Of a stretch of 64,000 bases of DNA, positions 1-13,149 are shown piece after piece. Position 1 is the stretch's first letter; every line of letters starts with the position of its first letter. Position numbers and translations under genes: made by a program. The notes beneath the pieces were generated by a model. It was not told the origin of the DNA, ran no database searches, and worked only from the letters and a program-made list of their open reading frames with translations. This stretch comes from the human T2T-CHM13v2.0 reference genome, Homo sapiens: NCBI RefSeq assembly GCF_009914755.1, contig NC_060926.1. One strand, written 5' to 3'.

Positions 1-31
1 CTTTTAGAGTATCGTTTTCCCAGCCCCAACA
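1..31 (-). mobile_element. 5' tip of an ERV1 LTR (MER34/MER39-like), cut by the window edge
   Basis: Reverse complement reads TGTTGGGGCTGGGAAAACGATACTCTAAAAG, resembling the TGTTGGGGCTCAGAAAACGATACCCC start of MER34/MER39 LTRs; only 31 bp visible. Confidence 0.35.
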
Positions 32-221
32 TCATCACAGTATATTCATTCACTCATAACCTTGCTGCATTCTTCACTCTGTCTCTGTCTTGTTCTCTTT
101 CTCCCTTCCCCTCCCTTGGGGGAGTTTCTCCAAGCATTAGAGGAGTGAGGAACACTGGACTAGAAATATAAGACATTTAAAAGATTACTTAAAGAGGAAG
201 CATTCCCTGAATATGGTTTTA

Positions 222-570
<349 letters not shown>

Positions 571-1477
571 CTAACATTTTGACCAAATTCTGTTGGCAAG
601 ATTTTTCAAAAATCTTTGGCCACATGCCCATACTATATTGAGCAGTAAGGTACTATATTTGACAGTCCTATCAGAAATATGTAGACTAGGGGTTCACATA
701 AAAAAGTGGAATTGTTATTAAGAGAATAAGAAATACTCAGTACAAAGCTAGTTCTAAACTGCTGAACAAACAAAGCTTAAGTCTCTTTATGATAGTTGAT
801 TTGGTAAATTTCTGCAACATTGTGTTGGTTTCAAGAATATCAAGAGGGAAATTCAAAAACAGACACTACCACTCAACAAAAATTCCCATGTTTTTAATGG
901 AAGACTGTTCAGCATTAGCTGTCAGTATTAGGTATCTTGTGCCTAATAATCATGACTAATAAGAGTGTCTAAAGTTGTGTCTAAAAATGATCAGGGCTCT
1001 TGACCTATGAATAGATACATCAGTCAAGCCTACGGGTTTCATTCCCTCTATCTCCTCCTCTGACACTCTAAAGTGTCATTTCTCACACTGGATAACTATA
1101 ACAACATTTTATGTGAACTGTTTCATATTATGATCTATCTATACAACCTATGTTCCATATCTAATCAAGCATACATATTAATATTTCTTATTTTTTTCAT
1201 AAAAAGAGGTAGTCACTAAGTTATATTTTTTCACTTTGAAAAAATCAAAGGCATTCAGCATTATTAAGATATGGGAGTTTACTGTAAGATAAAAGTGGAA
1301 ATTAGGAAAGAGTGGTACATAATCTAAACATATTTGATGAACACAGAAAATAAGATGCACTGGAGCTTTGGTGACATATCATCATGTTGTCTCCTCAGAA
1401 ATGACACTTACTTTTGCCATTTTTCACTATTTTGACCGTCATATTTGATAATAATCTTTGGATCAGGTAGTCATTCT

Positions 1478-1550
1478 CCTTCTTGACGATAATATTCATG
1501 AGGACAAGGATTCAGTCTTGCACAGCACTCTATATCTCTAATAGCTAGAT
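1478..1550 (+). mobile_element. L2 3' end fragment
   Basis: CATGAGGACAAGGATTCAGTCTTG resembles the L2 terminal CATGAGGGCAGGGACCATGTCTG motif; highly diverged. Confidence 0.35.
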
Positions 1551-2165
1551 AGTCACATGCCCAGTTTTACACTAGAAAAGAGGGATTATAGATAGATATA
1601 GAGGAAAATAAATAAGTAGATTATTTTATATAGCTCAGCCTATTCATGAGAAAAAACAACCAGAAGAAAGGGTGGAAAGACGAGCAACAATCAAATTTAA
1701 AACTGTTGATCATGCTTATCTGGTCCGTAGTAGATGGCAAATCCCCACACAATATCTTTATTACAGTGGACTTCACTGGGAGCTTTAAATGACAAAGGAG
1801 ATTCAGCTAAATATATTAAAATTACTGGCTCTGAAAAGAGAATAGGGCAAATAAAAAAACTGGGTAAAATTTTGGGTAAATTATTGGGTAAATTTTTACC
1901 CAAATAAGTTGTGATTCTTTTATAAAGCAAAAGACGTTCTTGAGTATGTAGGCTTTCACCTCACTGAGTGATGGTTAATAAATTTGAAAAGACATCAAGT
2001 TATATTTTAAGCTAATATATTTTTGAAAGGAGCAAAGAGGCAAGAAAAACAAATAACAGAAGCAGGAAATTTAGCAGATTAATGTTATCAGAGAAAAGAT
2101 GGAAAACATTGTTGCCAAACATTGCTCATGAATTTTTAAAAAATAATTTAGAGTATCACATCTAG

Positions 2166-2568
2166 TGTTTCTTTTTCCTAGGACTGCAGTAACAAATTAC
2201 CATAGACCTAGTGGCTTAAAACAATAGGAATGTATTCACCCACACTTATGGAGGACAGAAGTCTGAAATCAAGACAGTAGCAGAGCCACATTCTCCCTGA
2301 AGGCTGCAAAATTCCTCTTTGCCTTTTTATACCTTCTAGTGGCTCCCAACTATCCTGAGTTGTAGTTGCATCACTCAATTATCTGCCTCATCTGCCCACT
2401 TCTGACAAGGACACCTGTCAGCCTCATGATGCTCATGCTAAACTGACCTGATACCATCTTAATGACATCTGCAAAGACCTTATTTCTGAATAATGTCACA
2501 TTCTGAAGTTCTAGGTAGGCATGAATTTGGGGAGCAGGAAGGTGTGGGGGGATATTGAACACACTACA
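2166..2568 (-). mobile_element. MaLR solo LTR, MLT1B/C-like
   Basis: CCTAGGACTGCAGTAACAAATTACC...GGCTTAAAACAA...ATCTGCAAAGACCTTATTTC...GTCACATTCTGA match the reverse strand of MLT1A-C. Confidence 0.8.
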
Positions 2569-3419
2569 GCTAGTATACAATTGTTCATCAAATTACCACA
2601 GCCAAGGGAAAATGAGACAAGAGGAGATGAAATATGGATTGTCAGAATTTGTTTTTAAATCCCAGAAAGTAAGGCTTTTTGAAAGAAGCATAAATAAGCA
2701 TAACAGACACTGCTGGGAAACAGAAATGGACATAAAATAACAAATTATACCAATAAAATAACACAGAACACTAAAAATTATTGAAGTTTTAAAAACTAAC
2801 AGAGCAAAATATGATAGAAAGAGTTAACTGGGAGATCCAATGTGTACACATATCAATCAGTAATCCCTTAGATATAGCTAGTATAACAGAAAAAGACAGT
2901 CAAAGATAAAATTTAAGACAGATTCTTAAAATAAAATTTTTAAAACTTGAAGTTATCAGTACTCAGAAATTCAGAGAGGAAAAAACCTGTATGTAAGATA
3001 ACCAACATAAAGAGCTATCCTAACATAAAATCTGACTTAAAAAAAGAAAAGTACAAGTCACCTAAAAGGGAAAAACACAATACCAGTTTCATACTTTTTT
3101 ACAGGTACATTAGACTCTAGGAGGCAGTAGTACTGAGTGAAAATATGTATGACTAGAATTCTTCCATACTGCCAGATATTTCTGACATAAAAGAACTTTG
3201 AAAATTTGTTTGCTGTGAGTCCTGAGTCTTTTTTTGAGTCTTTTTTTTTTATTTTTTTTTTAAGAAACTACAATTAGGTCAACTCTTGTTAACCAGGAGG
3301 TAAGTAGAGAAACTTAAGGAATGAAGGGGAATGGAGAAAGTGGACCACTCAGTCTGAGGAAGAGTAGTCATCAGGTAGTAAGAGTACTCAAGTGTTTCTG
3401 TGGAGAGACTCAGGGGAAG

Positions 3420-3630
3420 AGGAACTAGAGCCTCTAACAATGTGCAGTACTAACTTGGCCAAACATCTGTGTGAGCTACCTTGAAAGCCACCTTGAAAGG
3501 AGATCCTCCAGCCCCAGTGAAGCCTTCAAAACACTCAGCCCTGGCTGGCTTGTAAGCACAATCTCAAAAAACCCTGGCCAGAAATATCCATTCAAGCTTG
3601 TCATGAATTCCTGACATACAGTAACTGTTG
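3420..3630 (+). mobile_element. MaLR LTR fragment, MLT1F/G/H-like
   Basis: GATCCTCCAGCCCCAGTGAAGCCTTCA...AATTCCTGACATACAGTAACTGT is typical of the MLT1F-H 3' half. Confidence 0.6.
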
Positions 3631-3801
3631 GAGTTGTGGGTCTCAGACTAAAACACTTATAGTACTTCTGGTTTGGAAATAGAATGTCAATGTTGTTTAT
3701 TAACATGTAAATATTATATAATTATACAAATAATATTAGTAAACAGTGAGTAGACATAAAATTCCAGCTATGTGTTAGATCTTTCTCTATTAAGGAGAAA
3801 G

Positions 3802-5350
3802 CCCTCTCCCTCGCCTTCGCCCTCTCCCTCGCCCTCGCCCTCTCCCTCTCCCTCTCCCTCTCCCTCTCCTTCTCCCGTCTCCCTCTTTGCACGGTCTCCC
3901 TCTGATGCTGAGCCGAGGCTGGACTGTACTGCCGCCATCTCGATTCACTGCAACCTCCCTGCCTGCTTCTCCTGCCTCAGCCTGCAGAGTGCCTGGGACT
4001 GCAGACGCGCGCCGCCACGCCTGACTGGTTTTCGTATTTTTTGGTGGAGACGGCGTTTCACAGTGTTGGCCGGGCTGGTCTCCAGCTCCTGACCACGAGT
4101 GATCTGCCAGCCTCGGCCTCCCGAGGTGCCGGGATTGCAGACGGAGTCTCGCTCGCTCAGAGCTCAATGTTGCCCAGGCTGGAGTGCAGTGGCGTGATCT
4201 CAGCTCGCTACAACCTCCACCTCCCAGCCGCCTGCCTTGGCCTCCCGAGGTGCCGGGATTGCAGACGGAGTCTCGCTCACTCAGAGCTCAATGTTGCCCA
4301 GGCTGGAGTGCAGTGGCGTGATCTCGGCTCGCTACAACCTCCACCTACCTCCCAGCCGCCTGCCTTGGCCTCCCAAAGTGCCGAGATTGCAGCCTCTGCC
4401 CGGCTGCCACCCCGTCTAGGAAGTAAGGAGCGTCTCTGCCCGGCTGCCCATGGTCTGGGATGTGGGGAGGGCCTCTGCCCCGCCGCCCCGTCTGAGATGT
4501 GAAGAGCGCCTCTGCCCGGCCGCGACCCCGTCTGGGAACTGAGGAGTGTCTCTGCCCCGCCGCCACCCCGTCTGGGAGGTTGGGAGGTGAGGAGCGTCTC
4601 TGACCGGCGGCCCCCTCTGGGAAGTGAGGAGCCCCTCCGCCCAGCAGCCGCCCGGTCCGGGAAGTGAGGAGCATCTCCGCCCGGCAGCTGCCCATCCGGG
4701 AGGTGGGGGGCAGCCCCCACCTGGCCAGCTGCCCCGTCCGGGAGGTGGGGGGCACCTCTGCCCGGCTGCCCAGTCTGGGAAGTGAGGAGCCCCTCTGCCC
4801 GGCAGCCAACCCGTCTGGGAGGTGTACCCAACAGCTCATTGAGAACCCGCCATGATGATGATGGCGGTTTTGTCGAATAGAAAAGGGGGAAATGTGGGGA
4901 AAAGAAAGAGAGATCAGATTGTTACTGTGTCTGTGTAGAAAGAAGTAGACATAGGAGACTCCATTTTGTTCTGTACTAAGAAAAATTCTTCTGCCTTGGG
5001 ATGCTGTTAATCTATAACCTTACCCCAACCCCGTGCTCTCTGAAACATGTGCTGTGTCCACTAAGGGTTAAATGGATTAAGGGTGGTGCAAGATATGCTT
5101 TGTTAAACAGATGCTTGAAGGCAGCATACTCGTTAAGAGTCATCACCACTCCCTAATCTCAAGTACCCAGGGACACAAACACTGTGGAAGGCGGCAGGGC
5201 CCTCTGCCTAGGAAAACCGGAGACCTTTGTTGACATGTTTATCTGCTGACCTTCCCTCCACTATTGTCCTATGACCCTGCCAAATCCCCCTCTCCGAGAA
5301 ACACCCAAGAATGATCAATAAATACTAAAAAAATTAAATAAAAAAAAAAA
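3802..5350 (+). mobile_element. Full-length SVA retrotransposon (SVA_B/C-like)
   Basis: CCCTCT hexamer head, antisense Alu-like domain, GC-rich VNTR (~4390-4820), SINE-R, AATAAA 5317-5322, poly(A); perfect TSD AAGGAGAAAG at 3792-3801 and 5351-5360. Confidence 0.98.
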
Positions 5351-5914
5351 AAGGAGAAAGACTTAATTTTCTGGGGAAGGAGCAAGAACCCCATGGTCAT
5401 CAATGACTCAGTCGAAGATTGACTGTTTCTTAGACATAGGTAGAAGTAAAAGGTATCTTTCTTTGAGAGAGAAGCAAGAAGCATTTGTGGACACAGTGTC
5501 CAGTAGTGATATGCATGAGAGGTGTGCTAACACTGGAAGTGAAAAAGGATCTAATCATTTTCCCAGGACTTTTTAAAGATGTAAGGCACATTTTTTGCTT
5601 ACATGTGGGAGGATTCACTGAGAAGGCCTCATCCCTGAGGCCTAGGCACAAAGTGGTATCTAAGACTGAAAAAGGACTAAGAGACTGAACTCTTCCTCCA
5701 CTCAGTGTTACAAATAATGAGGGACTCTGACATATCTGAGAAATAATAATACAATTATTATTATTTACAAAACAATAAAAATTACACAATCTTTCCAGAA
5801 TTTTTCTACACAGTAAAACAGGCCACCAAAAGAAACCTATATAAATAAAAAACATTGCAAATGACATACATTAGCATTTGCTGATCCAATTGCAGAAACC
5901 TGGCCTGTAAGGTT

Positions 5915-7260
5915 TCAGCAATGAATGAGCAATTGAAAGTTGAAAATTCAAATTACAATACCATTTATTTTATCACCCCCTAACATTAAATATTTAAGTA
6001 GAAATCTAACAAAATCTGTACAAGGTCTATATAAGGAAAACTACAGACTTTGATGAAAGAGGTAAAGAAGACTAAATAACTGAAGAGATACTCCATGTTC
6101 ATAAAGGCTAAACATTAAGAAGTCAACTCTTCTAACTTGTTCTATATGTTAAATGCAATACCAACTGACATCCCAGCAAGTTATTTTGCAGATATTCATA
6201 ACTGATTCTAAAGTTTATACGAAAAGACAAAAGTCACAGATTAGTCAAAACAAAACTGAGAAGGACAAACTCAGAGGACTTACATCACCTAACTTCAAGA
6301 TATATTATAAAATTGTAGACTTCAGTAATCAAGCTAGTATATTGATGAAAAAGTAGACAAATTGACCAAGTGAACAGAATAGATAACTCAGAAAGAGCCT
6401 CACTCAAATATAGTTAACTAATACATGATGAGGAGGGAGCAAAGGCATTTCAACAGAGAATTCATAATCTGTCTAGCAAATGCTTCTGGAACAATTGGAT
6501 ATCCATATGCAAAAAGAAAAAATATTCAAACACAGACCTTACACCTCTGACAAAAATTAACTCAAAATTACGTAAACACAAAGTGCAAAACTATAAAATA
6601 TCTACAGACCTTTAAAAAAGAGTGTACCTAAGTGATCTTGGGTTTGGCAATGAGTTTTTAGATTTCACATTAAAGATAAGATTAATAAAAGGAGAAAATG
6701 GTAATTTAGACTTTATAAAATCACAAGTTTCTATGCAAAACATTGTTAAAAGAATAAGGAAGGAAGTCATGGACTTGGAGAACAATGTTTACAAAAATAT
6801 ATTTGATAATTTATATCTAAAATATAAAAAGAACCTAATAATAGGAAAGCAAACAACATAATTTTTTAAATGGGCAAGATATCTAAACAAACACCTTGTC
6901 AAACAGGATAAACAGTGGTGAACAAGCATATGAGAATATGCTGTACTGCATTTGTCATTGGCAATTGCAAATTAAAACAATAATGCACACACCTATTAGA
7001 ATGGTTAAAATCCAAAAAAATGCCTGACAATACGAAATGCTGATGAGCATGAGGAGAAACATGAATTTATTGCTAATGGAAGAGAAAATGGTACAGCCAC
7101 TTTGGAAGACAGTTTACCAATTTACTACAAATGTACCATACCAATGCAAGATGGTAATAATAAAACAAACTATATGTGCAAGGGATAAGGAGTGAGTATA
7201 TGAAAGTCCATACTATCTGTTCAATTTTTATGTAAAACATCCCTTATAAAAATGAAAACC
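5915..7260 (+). mobile_element. Old L1 (L1MC-like) ORF2 3' part and 3' end
   Basis: Decayed ORF2 motifs (AAATGCAATACCAA, GAACAGAATAGA, AAAAATTAACTCAAAA, ACAGCCACTTTGGAAGACAGTTT) and an L1MC-like tail after an internal deletion near 7135. Confidence 0.8.
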
Positions 7261-7636
7261 ATGAATTTAAAAAAGTAAAAAATTGACATTGAAAATAATA
7301 CATTAAATGGTAGAATTAAAAATAATTTTAAGTTATCTTTTATGACAAAAGGTGAAAGAGATAAACTATGAATTATATATATCAAGAAATGAAGGAAGTG
7401 CAAATGTACAAAATAAGTAATGATATGACGTAAATGATCATACAGATGTTTTGTGGAAGATTTCATAAGAACTAGGAGCATTCCCTATATTCAGCTCTAC
7501 TAAAGTGTTTGAAAACTTGAATGGACAAATTATTTGGAAAAAAAAGTAACCTATGTTTAAACACAAAATACACACAAATCTATGAAGAAAAAGCCATAAA
7601 ATGAATGAAGAAACATTTAAAAGAATTATCTCCACC

Positions 7637-7961
7637 CACCGGGCGCGGTGTCTCACGCCTATAATCCCAGCACGTTCGGAGGCCGAGGCGGGCGGATCAT
7701 GAGGTCAGGAAATCAAGACCATCCTGGCTAACACGGTGAAACCCCATCTCTACTAAAAATACAAAAAATTAGCGGGGCATGGTGGCGAGGCCTGTAGTCC
7801 CAGCTACTCGGAAGGCTGAGGCAGGAGAATGGCGCGAACCCAGGAGGCGGAGCTTGCAGTGAGCCAAGATCCCGCCATTGCACTTCTGCCTAGGCGACAG
7901 AGCGAGACTCCGTCTCAAAAAAAAAAAAAAAAAAATAAATTAAAATAAGTTAAAAAATAAA
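7637..7961 (+). mobile_element. AluY
   Basis: AluY diagnostics ACCATCCTGGCTAACACGGTG, GAATGGCG, GGAGCTTGCAG; 16-bp TSD AAAAGAATTATCTCCA at 7619-7634 and 7962-7977. Confidence 0.97.
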
Positions 7962-7999
7962 AAAAGAATTATCTCCAACAAAATATTCATCTCATATAA

Positions 8000-9140
8000 T
8001 TTCAAAGTTATGCTATCATATATTTTAGGAAGAGGTAAATCCAGTACTATTCAAATAACAGCAGCAGAGAGAAAAGAAGGAGGAATTCCAATTCAATCCA
8101 CTAAGCAAGCAGAACCCTCAACTTTTTAAATCTTTCTCTCACAAACACAAATACGAAAAAATAGAATTTGTAGGGAAATATCAGTTATGATAAAAGATGC
8201 AAATTCCTAAATCAAATGTTCACAGGCATAATCCAACAGTATATTCAAATATATTTTCATGTATGTATATATGTGTGTGAGTGTGTGTGTGTGTCTACTA
8301 TGAATATATTTATCTTTTAATGAACTTATTTACTTACCTGTCTACCCATATCTTTATCCGTCTAGCTCTGCTCAAGAGCCAGTATTGTGCTTAATTGTAG
8401 CATATATGGTACATCAAATTAATATTAGGAAGAAAAAAATCTGTATCATTTTACAATTATCTAATATTTGAGGAAGTAGCTGGCATAATCAAAGAGAAAA
8501 ACAGATTTGTGCTAATTAGGAGAAAGTAAATATTACCAAAGTTTCATATACTTTTGGGTGGGACACCACATCAATATCCTTCCAAAATAAAGAATCAGAT
8601 AAAGAATAAAATGGCAAAAAGCATCACATTTATTATTGGAAGGAATATATAACACTAGCACTAAATACAAGAAATATTCAATATATCTTTATAAAGAAAT
8701 GTTTAAAACAGTACTGAAAATACACTTAAATAAATAGAAAATAGAGCATGACACCTACCTCATGGTTTATTCAAAAATTAATTTCTCATTGATTTAAAAT
8801 TCAAATTTAAAATAGAATCCTAAAAAAATGCAAAAGAAAACTTGGTAGGTATCATTTATAATGTCTTTATGAGGAATGACATTCTAAACATAAATAAATA
8901 AATGAATAAACAGGAAGCCTTAAAATAAATTTATGACTTAAAAGCCAACAAGATAAAATTAAATAATAAATGACAAAATTGGAAAAATATTTGCATACCA
9001 TATTTTAGACAAAGATATAATTTATGTCAATTGTCTTCAGATCAAGCAGAAACATTAAAAAAAAACAGTATATCATTAAACCTACAATAAGATGTCATTT
9101 TCTGCCAATCAGATTGAAAAAGTTTTAAACATTTTGATAA
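8000..9140 (+). mobile_element. Highly decayed L1M (ME-like) ORF2 fragments
   Basis: GATGCAAATTCCTAAATCAAATG and GGAAAAATATTTGCA-like ORF2 remnants in A-rich sequence; boundaries approximate. Confidence 0.45.
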
Positions 9141-9365
9141 GTCATTATTCATGGAGGTTAATGAATATAAGGCCTCAGATAATAGACTAGCCACTCTCTG
9201 AAACATTATCAGTTGCTTTGTTAGAGAGAAAAGAGATCTCTAGAGTGGTTCACCTTTGTAAGCTCCAACCACCTGTAACTTAGTGATGAGAAATAATATA
9301 CTGCCCTGTCTAGTCACAGAAGGTCCAAGAAATTAAATCCTATGAGTTGTTCAGAAAAGGGCAAG

Positions 9366-10269
9366 GTGAAAACACAGACCGTTTCTCCTCCACTGTCACC
9401 CCACAATCAACATAAAAGACTTGTCACCAAATGTGTGTGATTTTTTTCTCCACACACAAAGCAAGCATTCAATTCTGCAGCTGGGGGTCCTCTAACTCAG
9501 TTCCAGCACTGTCTAACTGGAGATGGCATCAGAACTCACAGGTTGAAGGCTCACTCCTGCAAGACTCTCCCGCCACCCCTGCCTTTCAATGCCAATTGCA
9601 AGCCTGGGGTTGTTTCATCTGTGGTTTTGACTGGCTATAAATTGGGATTCCTGCCATGCCCTCCTTGGGTTCAATTAATTTGCTAGAGTGGCTCGCAAAA
9701 CTCAGGGAGACACTTAAGTTAGTAAATTATTTATTTTAGTAAATAGTTTATTGTCACCAGTTTATTTAGAAAGAAAATGGTCTATTATAAAGGATAGTAC
9801 AAAGAATACAGAGGAAGAGATGGATAGTGCAAGGTACAGGGGAAGGGGCTTGGGAGCTCTCATAACCTTCCCAGGTGTGCCAGCCCCAGGAACCTCCATG
9901 TGTTCCACTATCTGGAAGATCTCCAAACCCAATCCTTTGGGGTTTTTGTGGAGGCTTCATTATGTAGGCATGACTAAGTAAACCATTGGCCATTGGTTAT
10001 CAACTTAACGTCAGTCCCTCTCCCGTCCCATCCACGTTGGTGGCTGGGCTGAAAGTCTCAAACCTCTAATCCTACTTTGGTCTTTCCAGTGACCAGTTCT
10101 CAAACCTCTAATCCTGCTTTAGTCTTTCCAGTAACCAGCCACCCCCACCATCCTGAAGCTATCTAGGGGTCATCAACCATTAATCACTTTGGAAATTCCA
10201 AGGATTTTAAGAATTGTATGCCAGAAAATGGGAAAGGACAAGACCAAATATGTATTTCCCAGTATCACA
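9366..10269 (-). mobile_element. MER21-family solo LTR
   Basis: TTCAATTAATTTGCTAGAGTGGCTC, GGAGGCTTCATTATGTAGGCATGA and the terminus GACCAAATATGTATTTCCCAGTATCAC match the MER21 reverse strand. Confidence 0.85.
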
Positions 10270-11069
10270 GGAGTAAATCACAGGAACATGTGGAAAACAG
10301 CACCAATCATTACCACATACTGCCTTTAGTCATTAAATATTCAATAAACATTCTTTCTTCCACATAAAATACCCTCCAACACCTCCCCAAACACATTTTT
10401 TTAAACTTCCTTTAGACACAATATTAAAGTGGTGAAATACATTTTTTACTTAAGTACTGTATGAATCTAACAAATAGAGCAGATATGTAGAAAGTAAACA
10501 GGTTCAGTAGCCTCTATAAAAAGTAAATGGTTAATAGCCCGAATCAAGAGTTTTAATGTTTAGAGTGCAGCTTTTGAGGATTGTATATTTGTGATGATGG
10601 ATGGAGATACAGCATTTGATTCACTCTAATATGCACATGTTCATATTGCTGGCCAATTATTCTTTGAGATCAAAAAAACCTTGCAATATACGAACACATT
10701 AAAAATATTAATACAATATTTCTGTGTAATTAGGTAAATTATTTAATGTGAGGCAGATTAATACTTTTTCAAACCATGTCTGAGATCTTTATGTTATTTC
10801 TTTGATGAAATAGTTAACATTTTAGAAACATCTTTACCTAACTGGGAAAGAAAAACCCCAATAGTATACATCCATGACAAAGGATCTAAAAGCAAAAAAA
10901 AATCCAGAGAGAAATTTTGCATTTAACTGATTGTTCAGCTGTTATATATAAGTCATTATAAATGTCTTCTTAATGTTGCAAACTTTCACAATGAAATTTC
11001 AGTTATTTTCATTATTTGAAAAGTTATTTATATCCTCTGTGATATCACGCATATAAAAAAGTCATTGTT

Positions 11070-11365
11070 GAAATTACATATATAAAATGTGTTATATGTA
11101 ACATTACATAATATATGTATATATAATATATAATGTATAATGTCATATACATTTATAATATATAATATTTATATATAATATATGTTTATGTGTTTTATAT
11201 ATAAATATTGTATATATAATGTTTTATATAACATATAATATATTATATATGTTATATATAATTTATATATTATATATGTTATATATAATTTATATATTAT
11301 ATATGTTATATAATGTTTTATATATAAATATCATAAATATAAAATATATGTGATGTTTATATATA
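11070..11365. repeat. AT-rich low-complexity tract with a 27-bp tandem unit
   Basis: TATTATATATGTTATATATAATTTATA repeated about 2.6 times (11241-11310) within TA-rich sequence. Confidence 0.9.
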
Positions 11366-13149
11366 TTTGTGTGTGCATGCGTAGACACACATATGCACAC
11401 ATATTTGTTGGTCATTAACATTTAGCAATGCTGCATTTTTCACTCGGTAGTACTCTAAAATTAAACGTACCACTAATATGTTGTTTATACCTTGTTTTTT
11501 ATACCTTGTTTCTTCTACAACTGAATTTAAAACACGGCTGATATATGAGTATAAAAATAAGTTTTTCAGGTGTTGTATTTTTAATTGTTTCTGCTCACAA
11601 GTTTTAAGACTACACATACTTCACCATTAATGTAAACATTCTGTCACTATGTCATGAGCTGATTTGTTTTGTCTCTCTATTCACATTTAAATGAAATGTG
11701 TTTTGAAGGATGAAATCTAACATAATGAAACTATCCAAGGTAAAATTACTGAAGTAGCGAAAAAAATGCATAGAATATATCAAATAGCTCAAAGTTCTAG
11801 AATGTGAAATTAATGCTGATGATATACTGTGCAATGTGCTTATAGAATCTTTATTATTGTTATCTGTATTCTAGAGGTTCTCTTGGGATTATCTTTTCTT
11901 GCTCATGGAATTTTGTTGACACATTAGATGTCAGCTTCTAAAAAATTTATGGATGGAACAGAAGGGAGTTTCTTCTTAAAGTTTTATATGCCCAAATTTT
12001 CTTCTCCTGATGTGGCATCTGGGATTATCCTTGGATCACACACCAGGATTTTTGCCAGAATACATTTAAAGAGAAAATGAAGAAAGGATGAGAAATAAGA
12101 AAGTTTGACATGGTTGGCATATCTTTAAGTTTTTTAAATTAACAATGGTTTTATTAGAGAAGTCTAAGTAATTTTATGATTTTAGCATAAGCATATATTG
12201 ATATTTTACATATTTAATTTTACATAATTAACACACATATTGGGGTATTTTCTATTTCTCAATTCAACTATGACCATGATAGTGCTTTGCATATAGTGAT
12301 TTAAAGCTAATTCAATGTATCTGAGCCACAGTATTGGGGAGAACATTTCTTATGCTCACCATATGTCAATGATTCAGCCTACCCAGGGGACAGAAATAGT
12401 CCAACTATCTCCCTACTCTCGCTCTTCTCTGTCTTCACCCTCCCCCTTTTTTGTTTATATCTCTCACTTGTGAGGCATGATTAAGTTAGTAGAATCAAGT
12501 TCAAAATTCACCATGCCACATTTCACTAGATGGAAGGGTCATTGTATGGACTGTTGATGTTTTTGACATTTTCTGTTTTACAACTAGATGATGAGGTCCT
12601 TAAATGCTTGTGCACAGGCCTGGGTCAGCATGATGAACATAATGTATACGCACAGACACAGTATTTCTGACAGGGGAAAGGATCATTAATGGAGAGTAGA
12701 AAGCCCTGTTTAGAATTTCAGAGAGAAATCTTTTAAGTGTGGGAAAAATTCACCGTATGTATTAAATATTTTACTCACTAACTATGTAAATGAAAGAATA
12801 ACTTCTTCATATTATCCAGGAATAAATTATCTTTACATTAGCAAGAATCACTAGTAGGGAAAAATAGATTCCACTTTAGTTCAACAGAGGCCTACATGAA
12901 ACTTAATAGCTCTGCATTGAAAATGTGTCTAGTGTTTCTGCCTATCAACTGACATTGTAGCTTAATTTAAAAGTCAATAAGAAATGAAAACGAAAATATA
13001 ACACCTTTTCAAGGAGAATGCTTCATTTGCTCAAGAATAAGTTATTGCACCTGCATTGTTAACACGGTCACTGCACAAGTCTATGGGCTTATTTAAAACA
13101 TTCTTTAGAAAGGGGGCATATGATGCTCTGAATAATCAGAAACTAGTCC

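Noticed and set aside
4390-4820. Regularly spaced GC-rich repeats that might suggest a CRISPR-like array
   Set aside because: This is the SVA VNTR: no unique spacers, no cas genes, eukaryotic context.
3772-4855. Several 100-184 aa ORFs including PSPSPS and GRGRGR repeats
   Set aside because: They come from the GC-rich SVA hexamer, Alu-like domain and VNTR; no evidence of coding function.
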